Positions 22,699 through 33,319 of a stretch of DNA of 64,000 bases are shown in pieces; the first letter of the stretch is position 1; the number at the start of each line of letters is the position of its first letter. The translations under genes and the position numbers were made by a program. The notes under the pieces are model-generated. The model did no database searches. It worked only from the letters and a program-made list of their open reading frames with translations, and had not been told where the DNA came from. The DNA is from Thecamonas trahens ATCC 50062 (lineage: Eukaryota; Protista; Apusomonadida): positions 62,001 to 126,000 of the forward strand of contig NW_013657658.1 in NCBI RefSeq assembly GCF_000142905.1. Reading direction: 5' to 3'.

Positions 22699-23615
22699 CT
22701 AGGTCTCGGCGACGGCAAAGTCGATGCGGACCAGCCGGTCGATGCCGGGAATCTCCTTGAGCATGTTGATAAAGGTGCGCTTGGTGATGATGTTGCCCGA
22801 GTCCTCCGGCAGCACTTTTGTGAGCTCGATGGCAACGAGCTCGAGCTTTGCGCGCGGCACGTTGGTGTTGAGTCGCTGCAGCATGAGAACAATGTCCTGC
22901 TGGTTAATCTCCTCGTCCGAGTTGATGTCCAGCACCTCGAAGACAGTGGCCAGGCGCGACTCGAGCGATCGAGTCGGGTGAAACTTGAGCAGGGCCTTGA
23001 GGAACGAGTTGAAGGACACCTTTTCGTTATCCATCATATGAAAGAAGAAGGTCGGCACGTACACGTCTGATGCCAGGTAGAAGGTCTCTTGGAAGTCGGC
23101 CATGGTGACAAAGTCGTCGCAGTTGATGTCCAGCATCTTGAATCGTTCGTAGATGACTTCGACGTCTTTGGTCGGGACTGTTGAGCCCATGTCCGTGACC
23201 ATGCGACCAGATCCATGCCCATGTCCGTGACCGTATCGTGCCCACATTGGTCACCAGATCCATGCCCATGTCCGTGACCGTATCGTGCCCACATTGGTCA
23301 CCAGATCCATGCCCATGTCCGTGACCGTATCATGCCCACGTTGGTCACCAGATCCATGCCCATGTCCGTGACCGTATCATGCCCACATTGGTCACCAGAT
23401 CCATACACACGTCAGCAACCACATCATACTCATGTCCGTGCCCGATCTCCATACCCATCCCCATCCCCATCCCCATCCTCATCCCCATCCCCATCCCTTT
23501 CCGCACCCACATCAGGCGTACCGTTCTCCTCCTCGGCCAGCTCGCGCAAGTCGTCATACCGCAACAGGCCCACAAGCTTGCCAGCTTTGCGCTCGCTCGA
23601 CGTGGTACCTCCCAT
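22699..23615 (-). CDS. N-myristoylated EF-hand protein, calcineurin B/CHP-like. Exons 23615-23522 and 23177-22699.
   Basis: MGGTTS N-terminus. Intron 23521-23178 (GTACGC...CAG) gives EEENVPTKDVEVIYERFKMLDINCDDFVT; also RLATVFEVLDINSDEEINQQD. Confidence 0.85.
23186..23404. repeat. Intronic 47-bp minisatellite, about 4.5 copies
   Basis: The unit gcccatgtccgtgaccgtatcRtgcccacRttggtcaccagatccat is repeated in tandem. Confidence 0.92.
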
Positions 23616-23775
23616 GACTGATGCTGTCGAGTAAAGTAGTTGAGTGGTATGTTGTCTCGTGTTGTGTCTTGCGCTGGGCTGTGGTGGTGGTGTCGGTGCC
23701 GGTGTCGGTGCCGGTGGGCGCTGGAAGCGAGGCGGAAGGAGGCAGCGCGCGCACCATTCGGCCGAGCCGATTCCT

Positions 23776-23816
<41 letters not shown>

Positions 23817-23910
23817 CGCACTTCGGTGCTTTCGTTCACTACACATCTTCCGTGATGCACATCGTCTGCACGCATCCGCATCACCTGCTCGGATGCGGGT
23901 CGGGAGCCGG

Positions 23911-26421
23911 CTAGTCGCTCGAGAGCGGCTTGGGCTTCTTTGACGACGATGGTCGATCGTCGGGAGTAGATGACGGGCGGGGGCGCTTGCGATGGCGGTC
24001 GTGGTGGTGGTCACGGCGGCGATTACGGGCTTGCGCTTTGCGGAACTCGTCCATGGAGCGGACTTGCGGGACGCGCCCGTGGATGCGCTTGGCGAGGCGC
24101 GCGGCGACGAGAGCCTCTTCGGCGCGGGCGGCCTCGAGGCGCTCGGCGGCAGCCGCAGCCTTGGCGGCAGCGACGGCGGCAGCTTGCTTGGCAGCCGCGA
24201 CAGCATCGGCGGCCTTGGCGGCCGAGATGGAGGCGGACGGCGTGGGAAGGAGGGGGGCCGACTTGGCCGGTGCCGGGCGTCGGGCGAGGCCGACGACTGC
24301 CAGCGAGGCGGTGTAGCCGGTGACTGAGAACCGAGCGGTCTTGGCTGTCGTGGCGCGGATGGCATCGCGCGCGTCGCGGACCTCGGAGAGATACACAGAC
24401 TTGGAGGTGGCGCGGCGGGCGAGGGCAAGCTCGAGCTTGGCGGCCGAACTTGTGGAGCCGGTGTGCGGGCGGGAGAGTGTGGTAAGGTTGGCGCGGAGTG
24501 CCTCTCGGAGCGCAAACAGAGCCTTGGTCCGCTGCGCTACGGTGAGGCCGTGAACAGCTGGGGTGGTCTCGGCCTGCTCGCGGACGGGCGAGGCTGGGTC
24601 GAGGACAATGGCGACGGGCGGAGCCTTGCGGTTGGCGCGGCGGTTCCACTCGGCGTCGACATTGTCGTCGTCGTCGGCATCTGCGGCGGCGCGGCTCCGG
24701 GCTGCGCGGGCGCGGATGCGGGCGGCAGCAACCTCTTCGGCGGCCTGGTAGGCGTCGAGGATCTGAGCGTCAGTCCGGGTCTCGTCCTTAGGCATGGCAG
24801 GGAGAAGGTGGAGAAACTCGGGCTTGATGAGCGCCTCGTCGTCCTCAAAGGCCCAGCGGACGTCATCAAAGGCGCAGTCGTGGTCGGAGAACTTGAGGCG
24901 CGAGCGCGAGTGGGCACGGCCGGTGTCGACATCGTCCGAGGTGACGAGGAGGGCGTGCGTCTTGGCACCGGCCCTCAGCGGGGCGGCATGCTGGCGGCCG
25001 CGGGCGAGAGCGGCGCCAGGCACGGTCTCCTTAACGGACGCGGCCTGGGCGGTGGCCTTGGCCACGGCCTCGGGGTGGGAGCAGTAGTCGCAGCACGCAT
25101 CGGGGCCGCGGGCGGCGCCGCGGACGGCGAGGCGCTCGTCAAAGTGGGCGAGGAGCGCAGCCCGGCGGCAGGAGGCGGTGGTGCAGAGGTTGATGGTGGC
25201 CTCGAGCGAGGCCGACGCAGCATCAAACATGGCGCGGAAGGACGGGAGCCGGGCGTCGCGGGCCTTACGGAGCGCGGCGAGCCTGCGATCGCGCTCGCGG
25301 GCAGTGAGCCAGGTCATCTTGGACGCGTCAGACTTTGAAAAGATGATGAGCGAGAGGGCCGGGAGGCCGTCGCGGCCGGCGCGGCCAGACTCTTGGTAGA
25401 AGGCCTCGAGCGAGCGCGGGATGGAGTAGTGGACGACAAAGCGGACGTCGGGCTTGTCGATGCCCATGCCAAAGGCGAGGGTGGCGACGATGATGCGGAC
25501 AATGCCGTCGAGCCAGTCAGTCTGGTTCTCGGCGCGAGCAGCCTTAGACAGGCCGGCGTGGTACGGCTTGGCCGGCACGCCGTCGATGTAGAGGCGAGCG
25601 GCGAGCTCGTCGCACTCGGCGCGGGTGCGGCAGTAGATGATGCCGGCACCAGAGCGACCGGCGAGGAACGGCATAATGAGCGTACGGAGCTTGAGGTAAA
25701 CGTCGGGCGTAAGCGACTTGAAGATGACCCCGTAGCGGATGTTGGGCCGGTCAAACGAGGCGCGAACGAGGGTGTACTCGCCGCGGACGAGGTGGAGCGA
25801 CGACTCGATGTCGCGGAGGACGGCGGGCGAGGCGGTGGCGGTGAGCGCGACGAGCGCGACGCCAGGCAGCGCGGCGGCGTAGGCTAGTTTTCCGTACGAG
25901 GGGCGAAAGTCGTGCCCGTACGTCGAGATGCAGTGGGCCTCGTCGATGGCGACTGTGCGGAGGATGCCAGCCGCAGCGAGCCGCTCGACCTTGGCCTTAA
26001 ATCGCGGCATGGCCATGCGCTCAGGTGTGACAAGGATGTAGAGCGGGGTGTTTGCCGTGGCAGCGTCGAGCGCAGCCTCAGCCGCAGCGTTCTCAGCGGC
26101 AGATGCAGCAGACGAGAGAGCGTGAGCGGTGAGGCCCGCGCCGGTGAGCTTGCCCAGTTGATCGGCAATGAGGGCGAGCATGGGCGAGACGATGAGGGTG
26201 ACACCTGAACGGACATATCCTGGAAGCGCATAGCAGAGCGACTTGCCTGCTCCCGTAGGCAGAAGGGCAACCGTACTCCCGCCACCCACCACAGCCTCGC
26301 AGATCTCCTGCTGGTTGGGCCGGAACGACGAGTGGCCGAAGACCGAGGAGAGGACCGAGGTCAGGGGAGGGTGGCCAGAGGGCGAGGTGGGTGAGGCAAA
26401 CGACAAGGTGGTCTGTTTCAT
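23911..26421 (-). CDS. RECQL5: RecQ DNA helicase, RECQL5-like
   Basis: LPTGAGKSLCY, AIDEAHCIS.YGHDFRP, ALTATA, ATLAFGMGIDKPDVR, YQESGRAGRDG, and Zn site CRR...CCDYC. A KIX-like segment (GLTVAQRTKAL..LREAL.AN...KLEL.LA..A..KSVY) resembles the RECQL5 Pol II-binding region. Confidence 0.85.
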   Translation of the reverse strand: MKQTTLSFASPTSPSGHPPLTSVLSSVFGHSSFRPNQQEICEAVVGGGSTVALLPTGAGKSLCYALPGYVRSGVTLIVSPMLALIADQLGKLTGAGLTAHALSSAASAAENAAAEAALDAATANTPLYILVTPERMAMPRFKAKVERLAAAGILRTVAIDEAHCISTYGHDFRPSYGKLAYAAALPGVALVALTATASPAVLRDIESSLHLVRGEYTLVRASFDRPNIRYGVIFKSLTPDVYLKLRTLIMPFLAGRSGAGIIYCRTRAECDELAARLYIDGVPAKPYHAGLSKAARAENQTDWLDGIVRIIVATLAFGMGIDKPDVRFVVHYSIPRSLEAFYQESGRAGRDGLPALSLIIFSKSDASKMTWLTARERDRRLAALRKARDARLPSFRAMFDAASASLEATINLCTTASCRRAALLAHFDERLAVRGAARGPDACCDYCSHPEAVAKATAQAASVKETVPGAALARGRQHAAPLRAGAKTHALLVTSDDVDTGRAHSRSRLKFSDHDCAFDDVRWAFEDDEALIKPEFLHLLPAMPKDETRTDAQILDAYQAAEEVAAARIRARAARSRAAADADDDDNVDAEWNRRANRKAPPVAIVLDPASPVREQAETTPAVHGLTVAQRTKALFALREALRANLTTLSRPHTGSTSSAAKLELALARRATSKSVYLSEVRDARDAIRATTAKTARFSVTGYTASLAVVGLARRPAPAKSAPLLPTPSASISAAKAADAVAAAKQAAAVAAAKAAAAAERLEAARAEEALVAARLAKRIHGRVPQVRSMDEFRKAQARNRRRDHHHDRHRKRPRPSSTPDDRPSSSKKPKPLSSD

Positions 26422-26683
26422 GGGAGCAATGGAGATGGAGGGGGAGGGGGGGGGTGATTGGAGGGGGTCGGGGTGGGGGGGGGGGGGGGGCTACACCCAC
26501 ATGCGCCCAACCGCATTCCTTCTCTCTCTCCCCCTCTCTCTCTCCCCCCTGCGCCACCCACCCACATACACACACACCCATCTCCCACCCTCACACACAC
26601 ACACAGACACACACACATACCTCCACCCCCATACCTCCAACACCCACTTCCCCCCGTCTCTCTTTCGCGCTATCGTCCTCCCC

Positions 26684-27342
26684 ATGTCGCACACCGCCGG
26701 TGTTCCAAGCGGACGAGTGGCGGCCATGGCTGTCATGGCGGTGGTCATGGTCATGGGCCTGATGGTGCAGGAGGCAGTCGGACAAAGCCCTGTCGGATCA
26801 AAGTGCGCAGGCCCGCGCTCATGCTCAGAGTGTGTCAAGCGTAGCGGGTGCGGGTGGTGTGCCACGCCGCTCGATGGAGCCGTCAATGGCTCGCTTGCGG
26901 TTATTGTACGTTGATGGTGATCGTGTGGGGAGGGAGGGCAGGGGGAGATGCTGGGCACACGGCTCACATGTGCGATGTGATGGCGTTGCCATGTTTGATG
27001 GGTGGATGGATGGTAGGGATGCGTGGAGGGCACGTTTAGCTCGGGCTCGGGATGCAAGAGCCACGATTACATGGCCAAGCAGTGCACTGTGGCCAACCTG
27101 TACATTGTGCTTGGCCTGGTGGCCTCGGTCTTCTCATGCTCTGCTGTTGCTATCTGTGCATTTGGTGGAAGTGCCGCAAACGGTCGAAGCGCAAGTCGAA
27201 GAGGCTGCTGGAGGACTACGACTCGTGGGTCGACTCGATCCGGTCGGATGGCTCAACGCCCAAGACGGACGCCCGGCGGGAGGAGATGCGCGCCAAGTAC
27301 GGCAAGTACATGCGCAACGAAAATGAGGTTCCACTGCGGTAG
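26684..27342 (+). CDS. PSI-domain single-pass membrane protein, PTTG1IP/PBF-like. Exons 26684-26905 and 27017-27342; frameshift at about 27133.
   Basis: Signal peptide, CAGPRSCSECVKRSGCGWC, intron 26906-27016 (GTACGT...TAG), GCVEG, a TM with CCC, and the tail TDARREEMRAKYG. TTC (C)TC ATG restores the frame. Confidence 0.75.
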
Positions 27343-27350
27343 GATCGTGG

Positions 27351-27977
27351 CTAGGCATCGGCGAGGATGCTGAAGCGCTCATGGCAGAGGCTGATCTCGT
27401 CCAGAGAGCGATGCCATTGCCAGTCGGAGCGCGGGACCTCGCGGAGGATCTGGAAAAAGGTGCACGGCAGGCAGAAGAGCGGCATGGCAATGTCGCCGAC
27501 GCAGCCCTTGGCCATGTCCGAGTGGCCGTGGCCGCCGTTGACGCGAACGTTGTGGCGGATGATAAACGGGAAAAACCACGAGCAGCAGGCAACCGGAACA
27601 ATATGGTTGCCAACCGCACACGGCTGGTTGACCGACGACGCAAAGAGCTTGCACGTCGAGCACGGGCCACAGCAGATCCAGCAGACGAGGCACTCGACCG
27701 CGACTTCGGGCTCGATTTCACCATCACCGCAGCACGGCGAGCAACCGAGGCCCCAGCAAGCGTTGTCACCCCACCGGCAGGCGCACACATCGTCAGCACC
27801 GTCCACAACCTTGCCCATCTCCTGCTGCGCCTTGGCCTTTCGCCGCGACGACTTGCCACTCGGTCGCCGCCGCCGCCGCCGTTCAGCAGCTGCCACCGGC
27901 TGCGGCGGACCCGAAGATGACGACGATGACGAGAACGAGGTGCTCGACGCAGTGCTCGAGTATGAAGATGATGACAT
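27351..27977 (-). CDS. PLAC8-family Cys-rich protein
   Basis: CLVCWICCGPC...IRHNVR...GCVGDIAMPLFCLPCTFFQILRE. Confidence 0.75.
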   Translation of the reverse strand: MSSSSYSSTASSTSFSSSSSSSGPPQPVAAAERRRRRRPSGKSSRRKAKAQQEMGKVVDGADDVCACRWGDNACWGLGCSPCCGDGEIEPEVAVECLVCWICCGPCSTCKLFASSVNQPCAVGNHIVPVACCSWFFPFIIRHNVRVNGGHGHSDMAKGCVGDIAMPLFCLPCTFFQILREVPRSDWQWHRSLDEISLCHERFSILADA

Positions 27978-28015
27978 GCGGGGGGTGGGGAGTGGGGGGG
28001 GGGGTGACTTGACCC

Positions 28016-28295
28016 NNNNNNNNNNNNNNNNNNNNNNNNNNNNNNNNNNNNNNNNNNNNNNNNNNNNNNNNNNNNNNNNNNNNNNNNNNNNNNNNNNNNN
28101 NNNNNNNNNNNNNNNNNNNNNNNNNNNNNNNNNNNNNNNNNNNNNNNNNNNNNNNNNNNNNNNNNNNNNNNNNNNNNNNNNNNNNNNNNNNNNNNNNNNN
28201 NNNNNNNNNNNNNNNNNNNNNNNNNNNNNNNNNNNNNNNNNNNNNNNNNNNNNNNNNNNNNNNNNNNNNNNNNNNNNNNNNNNNNNNNNNNNNNN
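28016..28295. other. Assembly gap (N run)
   Basis: Run of Ns. Confidence 1.
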
Positions 28296-28382
28296 AGGGG
28301 GGAGGCACTTGACCCACGGCAGGAGCTTGTGTGTGTGTGTGTGTTCGAGAGGATGCACAAGCGGAGCAGCAACCCGAACAAG

Positions 28383-29118
28383 ATGCAGAACATTGTGGAT
28401 GATGTGGCATCTTTGTATGGGCTGCTTGTGGACCAGAGTGCGGCTGTGGAGGCGAGCATCAAGACTACCGTCCGTGAAGTGGAGACCAAGCGCGGTGAAC
28501 GTGACCTGACGGCTCTGCAGGACGCCACGGGCAAGGTCGCCGCTGTCCACTCACAGCTGGCCCCCACATGCATGGCCATGGCCTCCTCACACTTTGACGC
28601 CATTCTCTCGTCGTGTACGCTGCTCCCTTGGGAGGTGGGGGAGGGGGAGGGGGAGGGGGAGGGGGAGGGGGAGGGGAGGGGGGGAGGGGGGGAGGGAGAG
28701 GAGGAAGGGACTCACATCACATGTGTGGCTGCTGATGGTGTGGTGGACGGGCACGGGTGGGTGGACGGCTTCTCGCGGGTGGACGGCTTCTCTCGGGTGG
28801 TGACCGGCGGCTGCAGTGAACCACACCATCGCAATGGTCAACGATCAGGTGACTCTCGAGGCCTCGCGGGAGGCCGCACGGGCCGAGGCTCTAGCACAAC
28901 TTGTGCCCAAGGAGGAGGCCATCCGGAGGGCCTTTGCCGAGGATATTGCCTCCAAGAAAGATGCCTTTGACGCAGAGATCGAGGCTGAGGCTGAGCGCAT
29001 CCGCGCAAAGTACCACAAGCCCGCTCTCGCTCCGCAGCCGTCAGAGCCCGTCACTGCCGACGGCGACTCCAACGCAGACGACACATCTGCTGCAGCTGAA
29101 GACGACGAGGCCGCCTAA
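28383..29118 (+). CDS. BLOC1S5: BLOC-1 subunit 5 (Muted)-like. Exons 28383-28614 and 28817-29118.
   Basis: IVDDVASLYGLLVDQ...VREVETKRGERDLTAL resembles the Muted motif (FVKEFEEKRGLRE). Intron 28615-28816 (GTACGC...CAG) joins the exons in frame; the C-terminus is coiled-coil (ERIRAKY). Confidence 0.72.
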
Positions 29119-29414
29119 GCATCAATCCGTGTCTGTGCAGCACCCCAAGGCTGAGGCGCAAGCCCGATGGCCACGCTTCCACTGCTGGCTCTGCCATCGT
29201 GGCGCTATCAAGACCCGGGCCAGTGATCACAGCAAGAGACGAGCGCCCTGACGTCAAGGATAAAGCTCTCCCACTCGTTCACCTTCCTGTTGAGACCTCC
29301 AAGCACTGCGGCGCGGCGCACCGCTGCAGAAATGTGGCGAGCGGTGCCGGAACAGGCAGTCAGAGGCAGAGGCAGCCACTTGTCGCACCGCCCAAACGGG
29401 GAGACAGCTGCGAC

Positions 29415-31268
29415 ATGGCTGCGGCTGCGACATCGGCGACGGCACCGGCCATGAACACGAATGAGGAGGAAGACAATAGCGGGGAGATGATGGCGGTGAC
29501 GTTGACGCTCGGCCCACGCGGAAGTGACACCCACAGAGCCATGTTCCCCGCCTCGGCCACCGCCAACGAAGTGCTGGCTACGCTCGACGCCGTGGCCGAG
29601 CTGGACATCGATCCACAACGAGTGGCCCTGCTGATTCCGGGCGCGGCAGAGCGGGAAGCAGAAACAGCGGAGCTCTCTGCGGAGGAGATGAGCATGCAGA
29701 AGCCGCGGCTGCTTGGCTCACGATCCGCGCCACGGTGGTTGGCCGGCGAGGCCAGGCTCGGCTCAGCACGGCTCGGGCACGAGCCGCGGCTCTCCCTGAG
29801 GCGGCGAACGCGGCGGGTGCGAATCCTGGTCACATCCTTCTCCAAGGTGCTGCGGTATGATGTGTGCGCACCGGTCGGCGAGTTGCTCGCAGCGTTTGCG
29901 AGCCGGATCGCACTTGCGAACCCGGAGGAGTTTGGCCTGACCATGGTCGGTCTCGGACCGCACAAGTGGCTCGATCTAACGCTCCCGCTCCACTGCCAGG
30001 TCTGGTCGCCGGAAGTTTCCGAGTCAGATGATGCGCTCATCCAGCTCAAGTTTCGCCGGCGACTCTACGCCTCACATCTGGACCTGTCGGCGTGCGTCCT
30101 TCCGGTGGTGAGTTTGGAGATCGCCGACGATGTGCGGGCCGGGCGCTACCTTGTTGACACCGCCAAAGCTGTGGAGCTCACCGCGTTGCATCTCGCAGTT
30201 TACGCACCGCGCGAGTTGACAGCACTACCGAGCCCGCTCGACGAGTACCTCCCTGCGCAAGTCGTGGAGGCGGTGCGCAGCGATGAACTCCATGCGCGGA
30301 TCCTGGCAAGGCACGCCGAGCTGCGGCAAGAGGAAGGAAGAGCGTTGGCCGAGGCGTATGTCCAAGCTGCAGCTGCTCTTCCGCTGTTTGGCGCAACAAG
30401 GATCGAGTGCGGCGAGAACGGTGTGACGCTCTCCATCGGGCGCGAGCACGGCTTAGTGGTCCTCGACGGCATGTACGGAACGTCGCCGCCACCGCTGGCG
30501 ACACTCGACATAGCAGAGTGGAAAGCCGGCGAGCGCGGCAGGCCCACACAGTCGGCCATCATTGACATTGTGGCGCTCGAGGCGATTGTCGGGTGGCGGC
30601 ACACAAGTCGGACGGTGACGTTGGTGCTCGGGAGCGAGCCCGAGCGCGAGGTGACGTTTGGCACGGCCCGCGCTGACGAGGTAGTCCATCAGCTCGAGCG
30701 CCTTACCGAGCTGTTGTCGGCCGAGACTGGTCAGCGTGCGTGGGAGCAAGCAGAGTGGACCGATGGCATGCATGTCTCGCCGATGTTTGCGAGTGGCGAG
30801 CACGAGTTTCAGCCCGAGCTGTTCGAGGTGGATCTCCTGCGACCGCGCGGCGGCGGAGCAGTGATCGACGGCAGCTGGGCGCCCGGCGCGCCTACAGCTC
30901 TTGAGCTTACGCTTGTACTCCATGCACTCATTGGCGGAGCGGCTGCGCTGAGTGCTGCAGGCGACGGTGAGTCGGTACACCGGCGGATGTGGCTGGCGTG
31001 GGCCGCCGCCGCCGGCGCAGTCCGACTTCTCGCCGCCGTCTCACCGCACGAGTTTGGCCTCTTTCTGGCGGTACTCGCCATGACGGCTATTGAGGCGACT
31101 TTCTGCGGAGCCGGTTTTGCAGCTCCCACCGATCCGGCTCTTCTGCCTCGACGGATGCTCGCACTTGCTGGAGCAGTCTCAGTAGCGGCGATGGTTGCGT
31201 ACGGCGCAGCCGGGTTTTGGCCGACGAGCGGCGGCCTGCCCAGCGCACAGGGAATGTCAAAGAGATGA
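29415..31268 (+). CDS. FERM-domain protein with a talin-head-like F0-F1-F2-F3 layout and a hydrophobic C-terminus
   Basis: F0-like ubiquitin fold ending RWL...LSLRRRTRRVRI; F1 ASRIALANPEEFGL...WLD.TLPL...LKFRRRLY; F2 VRAGRY...KAVELTALHL...YLP...YVQAAAALPLFG; F3 PTB-like IVGWRH. Confidence 0.75.
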   Translation: MAAAATSATAPAMNTNEEEDNSGEMMAVTLTLGPRGSDTHRAMFPASATANEVLATLDAVAELDIDPQRVALLIPGAAEREAETAELSAEEMSMQKPRLLGSRSAPRWLAGEARLGSARLGHEPRLSLRRRTRRVRILVTSFSKVLRYDVCAPVGELLAAFASRIALANPEEFGLTMVGLGPHKWLDLTLPLHCQVWSPEVSESDDALIQLKFRRRLYASHLDLSACVLPVVSLEIADDVRAGRYLVDTAKAVELTALHLAVYAPRELTALPSPLDEYLPAQVVEAVRSDELHARILARHAELRQEEGRALAEAYVQAAAALPLFGATRIECGENGVTLSIGREHGLVVLDGMYGTSPPPLATLDIAEWKAGERGRPTQSAIIDIVALEAIVGWRHTSRTVTLVLGSEPEREVTFGTARADEVVHQLERLTELLSAETGQRAWEQAEWTDGMHVSPMFASGEHEFQPELFEVDLLRPRGGGAVIDGSWAPGAPTALELTLVLHALIGGAAALSAAGDGESVHRRMWLAWAAAAGAVRLLAAVSPHEFGLFLAVLAMTAIEATFCGAGFAAPTDPALLPRRMLALAGAVSVAAMVAYGAAGFWPTSGGLPSAQGMSKR

Positions 31269-31493
31269 GATTGGAAGTGTCCACGAACCATGTCATGAAG
31301 GAGTAGGGATGAGTTACTGATCGGCTGTTTGATCGAGGCGTTATCATGAGACAAGCCAACTGAGCGGCTGGCCGGCTGGCTGACTGGGTCCGACTGAGCG
31401 GATGGCCCTGGCCCGACTGAGCGGCTGGCCGGCTGAGGGTGAGCGGACTCCAGACGCCGACGACCATCGCACTCTGCCAGCTCATTGGACAGG

Positions 31494-32275
31494 ATGCGCC
31501 CGCTTACCGAGGAGGAGATGAAGAACGTGCTGGAGAAGCTTTCCCACTAGTACGCACACAAGGTGGGGAATGAGTAGAGGTGCACAAGGGTGCAAGCAGA
31601 GGAAGGAGGGACGGTGCAGGGGTGGTGCGAGGGCGGCTGGGGGGGGACGCTTGGTCTTGGCGTGCCCATCCATGATGGATGGCAGTGGTGGACAAGGGGG
31701 GGGGGGGGGGGGGGGGAGAGGGGGGCGACTTACGGCAGGAATGGGGGGGGGGGATACACAGCATCGGATCGAACATCAAGCTGCTTGTGGAGCGTAACGA
31801 TGAGGAGTATGTGTTCCGGCTGCACAAGAAGCGTGTGTACTACCTGGCTGAGGATCTGATGAAGAAGGCCATGCATGTGGCGCGGAAGCGACTGGTGGCC
31901 ATGGGCACGGCGCTGGGTAAGTTTACGGCGTCGGGCCGGTTCCTTCTGGAGATCACATGCCTTGACTACCTCGCACAGTATGCACAGTTCAAGGTGTGGG
32001 TCAAGCCGTCGTCGGAGCTCTCGTTCCTCTACGGCAACCACGTGCTCAAGGCCGGGCTCGGCCGGATCACCGACGGAACGCCCAAGAACCAGGGCGTGGT
32101 GGTGTACAACATGCAGGACGTGCCGCTCGGGTTTGGCACGACCGCGTACTCGACATCAGACTGCAGGCGGGTCGACGGTACCGCCATCGTGTGCTTCAAC
32201 CAGTCCGATGTCGGCGAGTACCTCCGCGACGAGGACGGGCTCTCGTCGGCGTCAACCGCCATGGACATGGAGTAG
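31494..32275 (+). CDS. NIP7: 60S ribosome biogenesis protein NIP7. Exons 31494-31549 and 31762-32275.
   Basis: MRPLTEEE...LEKLSHY|IGSNIKLLVER...FRLHKKRVYY...KVWVKPS.E.SFLYGNHVLKAGLGRIT; intron 31550-31761 (GTACGC...CAG). Confidence 0.95.
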
Positions 32276-32407
32276 AGGCCTGCCGGCCCGGGGCTGCGTC
32301 ACCTTCCTCTGCCTTTATCCTGCTCTCGAGCTCTTGTAAGCCGCCGCGAGCAGCGTCCGCCGTCAGCGTAAACAACAAGTACTGGAAGCGAGCGGCGACT
32401 TGGCTTG

Positions 32408-33073
32408 CTAGCTCTTGGCCTCTGCACGGCGCTTGGCCTCGCGAGCCTTGCGGCGGGCGCGCTTACGCGCAGCGGCGGCCTGCTTGGTCTTCTTGGCCTG
32501 CTCGGCGCGGGCCAGCTCGCCGACAACGTCTCGTAACGAGGATCGCGAGCGGGACCGGGCAGGCTTGGCCCGGCCCGGCCTAGCCTTTGCCGACGACGAG
32601 CCGCCCTTGCGCAAACCATCATCGTCGCTATCGTCGTCGCTTTCATCAGAGGCAGGCTCAGCGTCTGTACCCTCGGCAGCATTGGGCTCGAGCCCGCCGC
32701 GTGCGCCCTCACCAAAGCCGGGATCCTTGTCGTGGAAGACCTCAAAGGCCTTTGAGCCGCGCGTGGCCTTGGTGTGGCGCTGCTTGAGCAGGTTGTCGAG
32801 GCGGCGGGCCTTGGCGCGCGACTGAGCATCCTCCACTGTCACCTCCTCCTTGTGGAAAGCATTCGGCTTGGCCTTGGCTCCCACGCCCAGGCCGGCAGGG
32901 CGCGGCTTGTCAAACAGCATCCGCATCCGTGCCTCGGCCGGGTCCTCCGCATCGCCTCGCCTGGCTGCCCCATCTCGCCCTGCCGAGGACCCTGCCGCAC
33001 CGCCCGCCGCGGCTACCAGCCAGCCAGCCACCACCGACCCGACGTCGTTGCGTACAACAACCTTGTCTTTCAT
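32408..33073 (-). CDS. Hypothetical basic/acidic low-complexity protein, possibly nucleolar
   Basis: 221-aa ORF with a RPAGLGVGA motif, an acidic patch and a Lys/Arg-rich C-terminus. Confidence 0.6.
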   Translation of the reverse strand: MKDKVVVRNDVGSVVAGWLVAAAGGAAGSSAGRDGAARRGDAEDPAEARMRMLFDKPRPAGLGVGAKAKPNAFHKEEVTVEDAQSRAKARRLDNLLKQRHTKATRGSKAFEVFHDKDPGFGEGARGGLEPNAAEGTDAEPASDESDDDSDDDGLRKGGSSSAKARPGRAKPARSRSRSSLRDVVGELARAEQAKKTKQAAAARKRARRKAREAKRRAEAKS

Positions 33074-33319
33074 TGACCCACGGTGGAAGTCGGGTGGAGA
33101 ATGGGGCTGGGGGGCTGGGCCGAGGGGGGGGGGGGGAGGGGGGGAGGGGGACCGGCAGGATCACTCGGACGACCGCTGCGCCCTAGCTGCAGTCGGCTGG
33201 CCGCCGTGATCATGGCTCTCGCGCAGCCAGTGTGTCTGGGCCGCTTTCTTGATCTTCTAAGCCCATGCTCAGGTCTCCAGCGTTCAATGCAGCTGCGGCT
33301 CAACCAGTAGCGGTTACTA

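Noticed and set aside
31359-31438. Short direct repeats (ctgagcggctggccggctg) upstream of NIP7
   Set aside because: Only 2-3 degenerate copies with no further support for a function.
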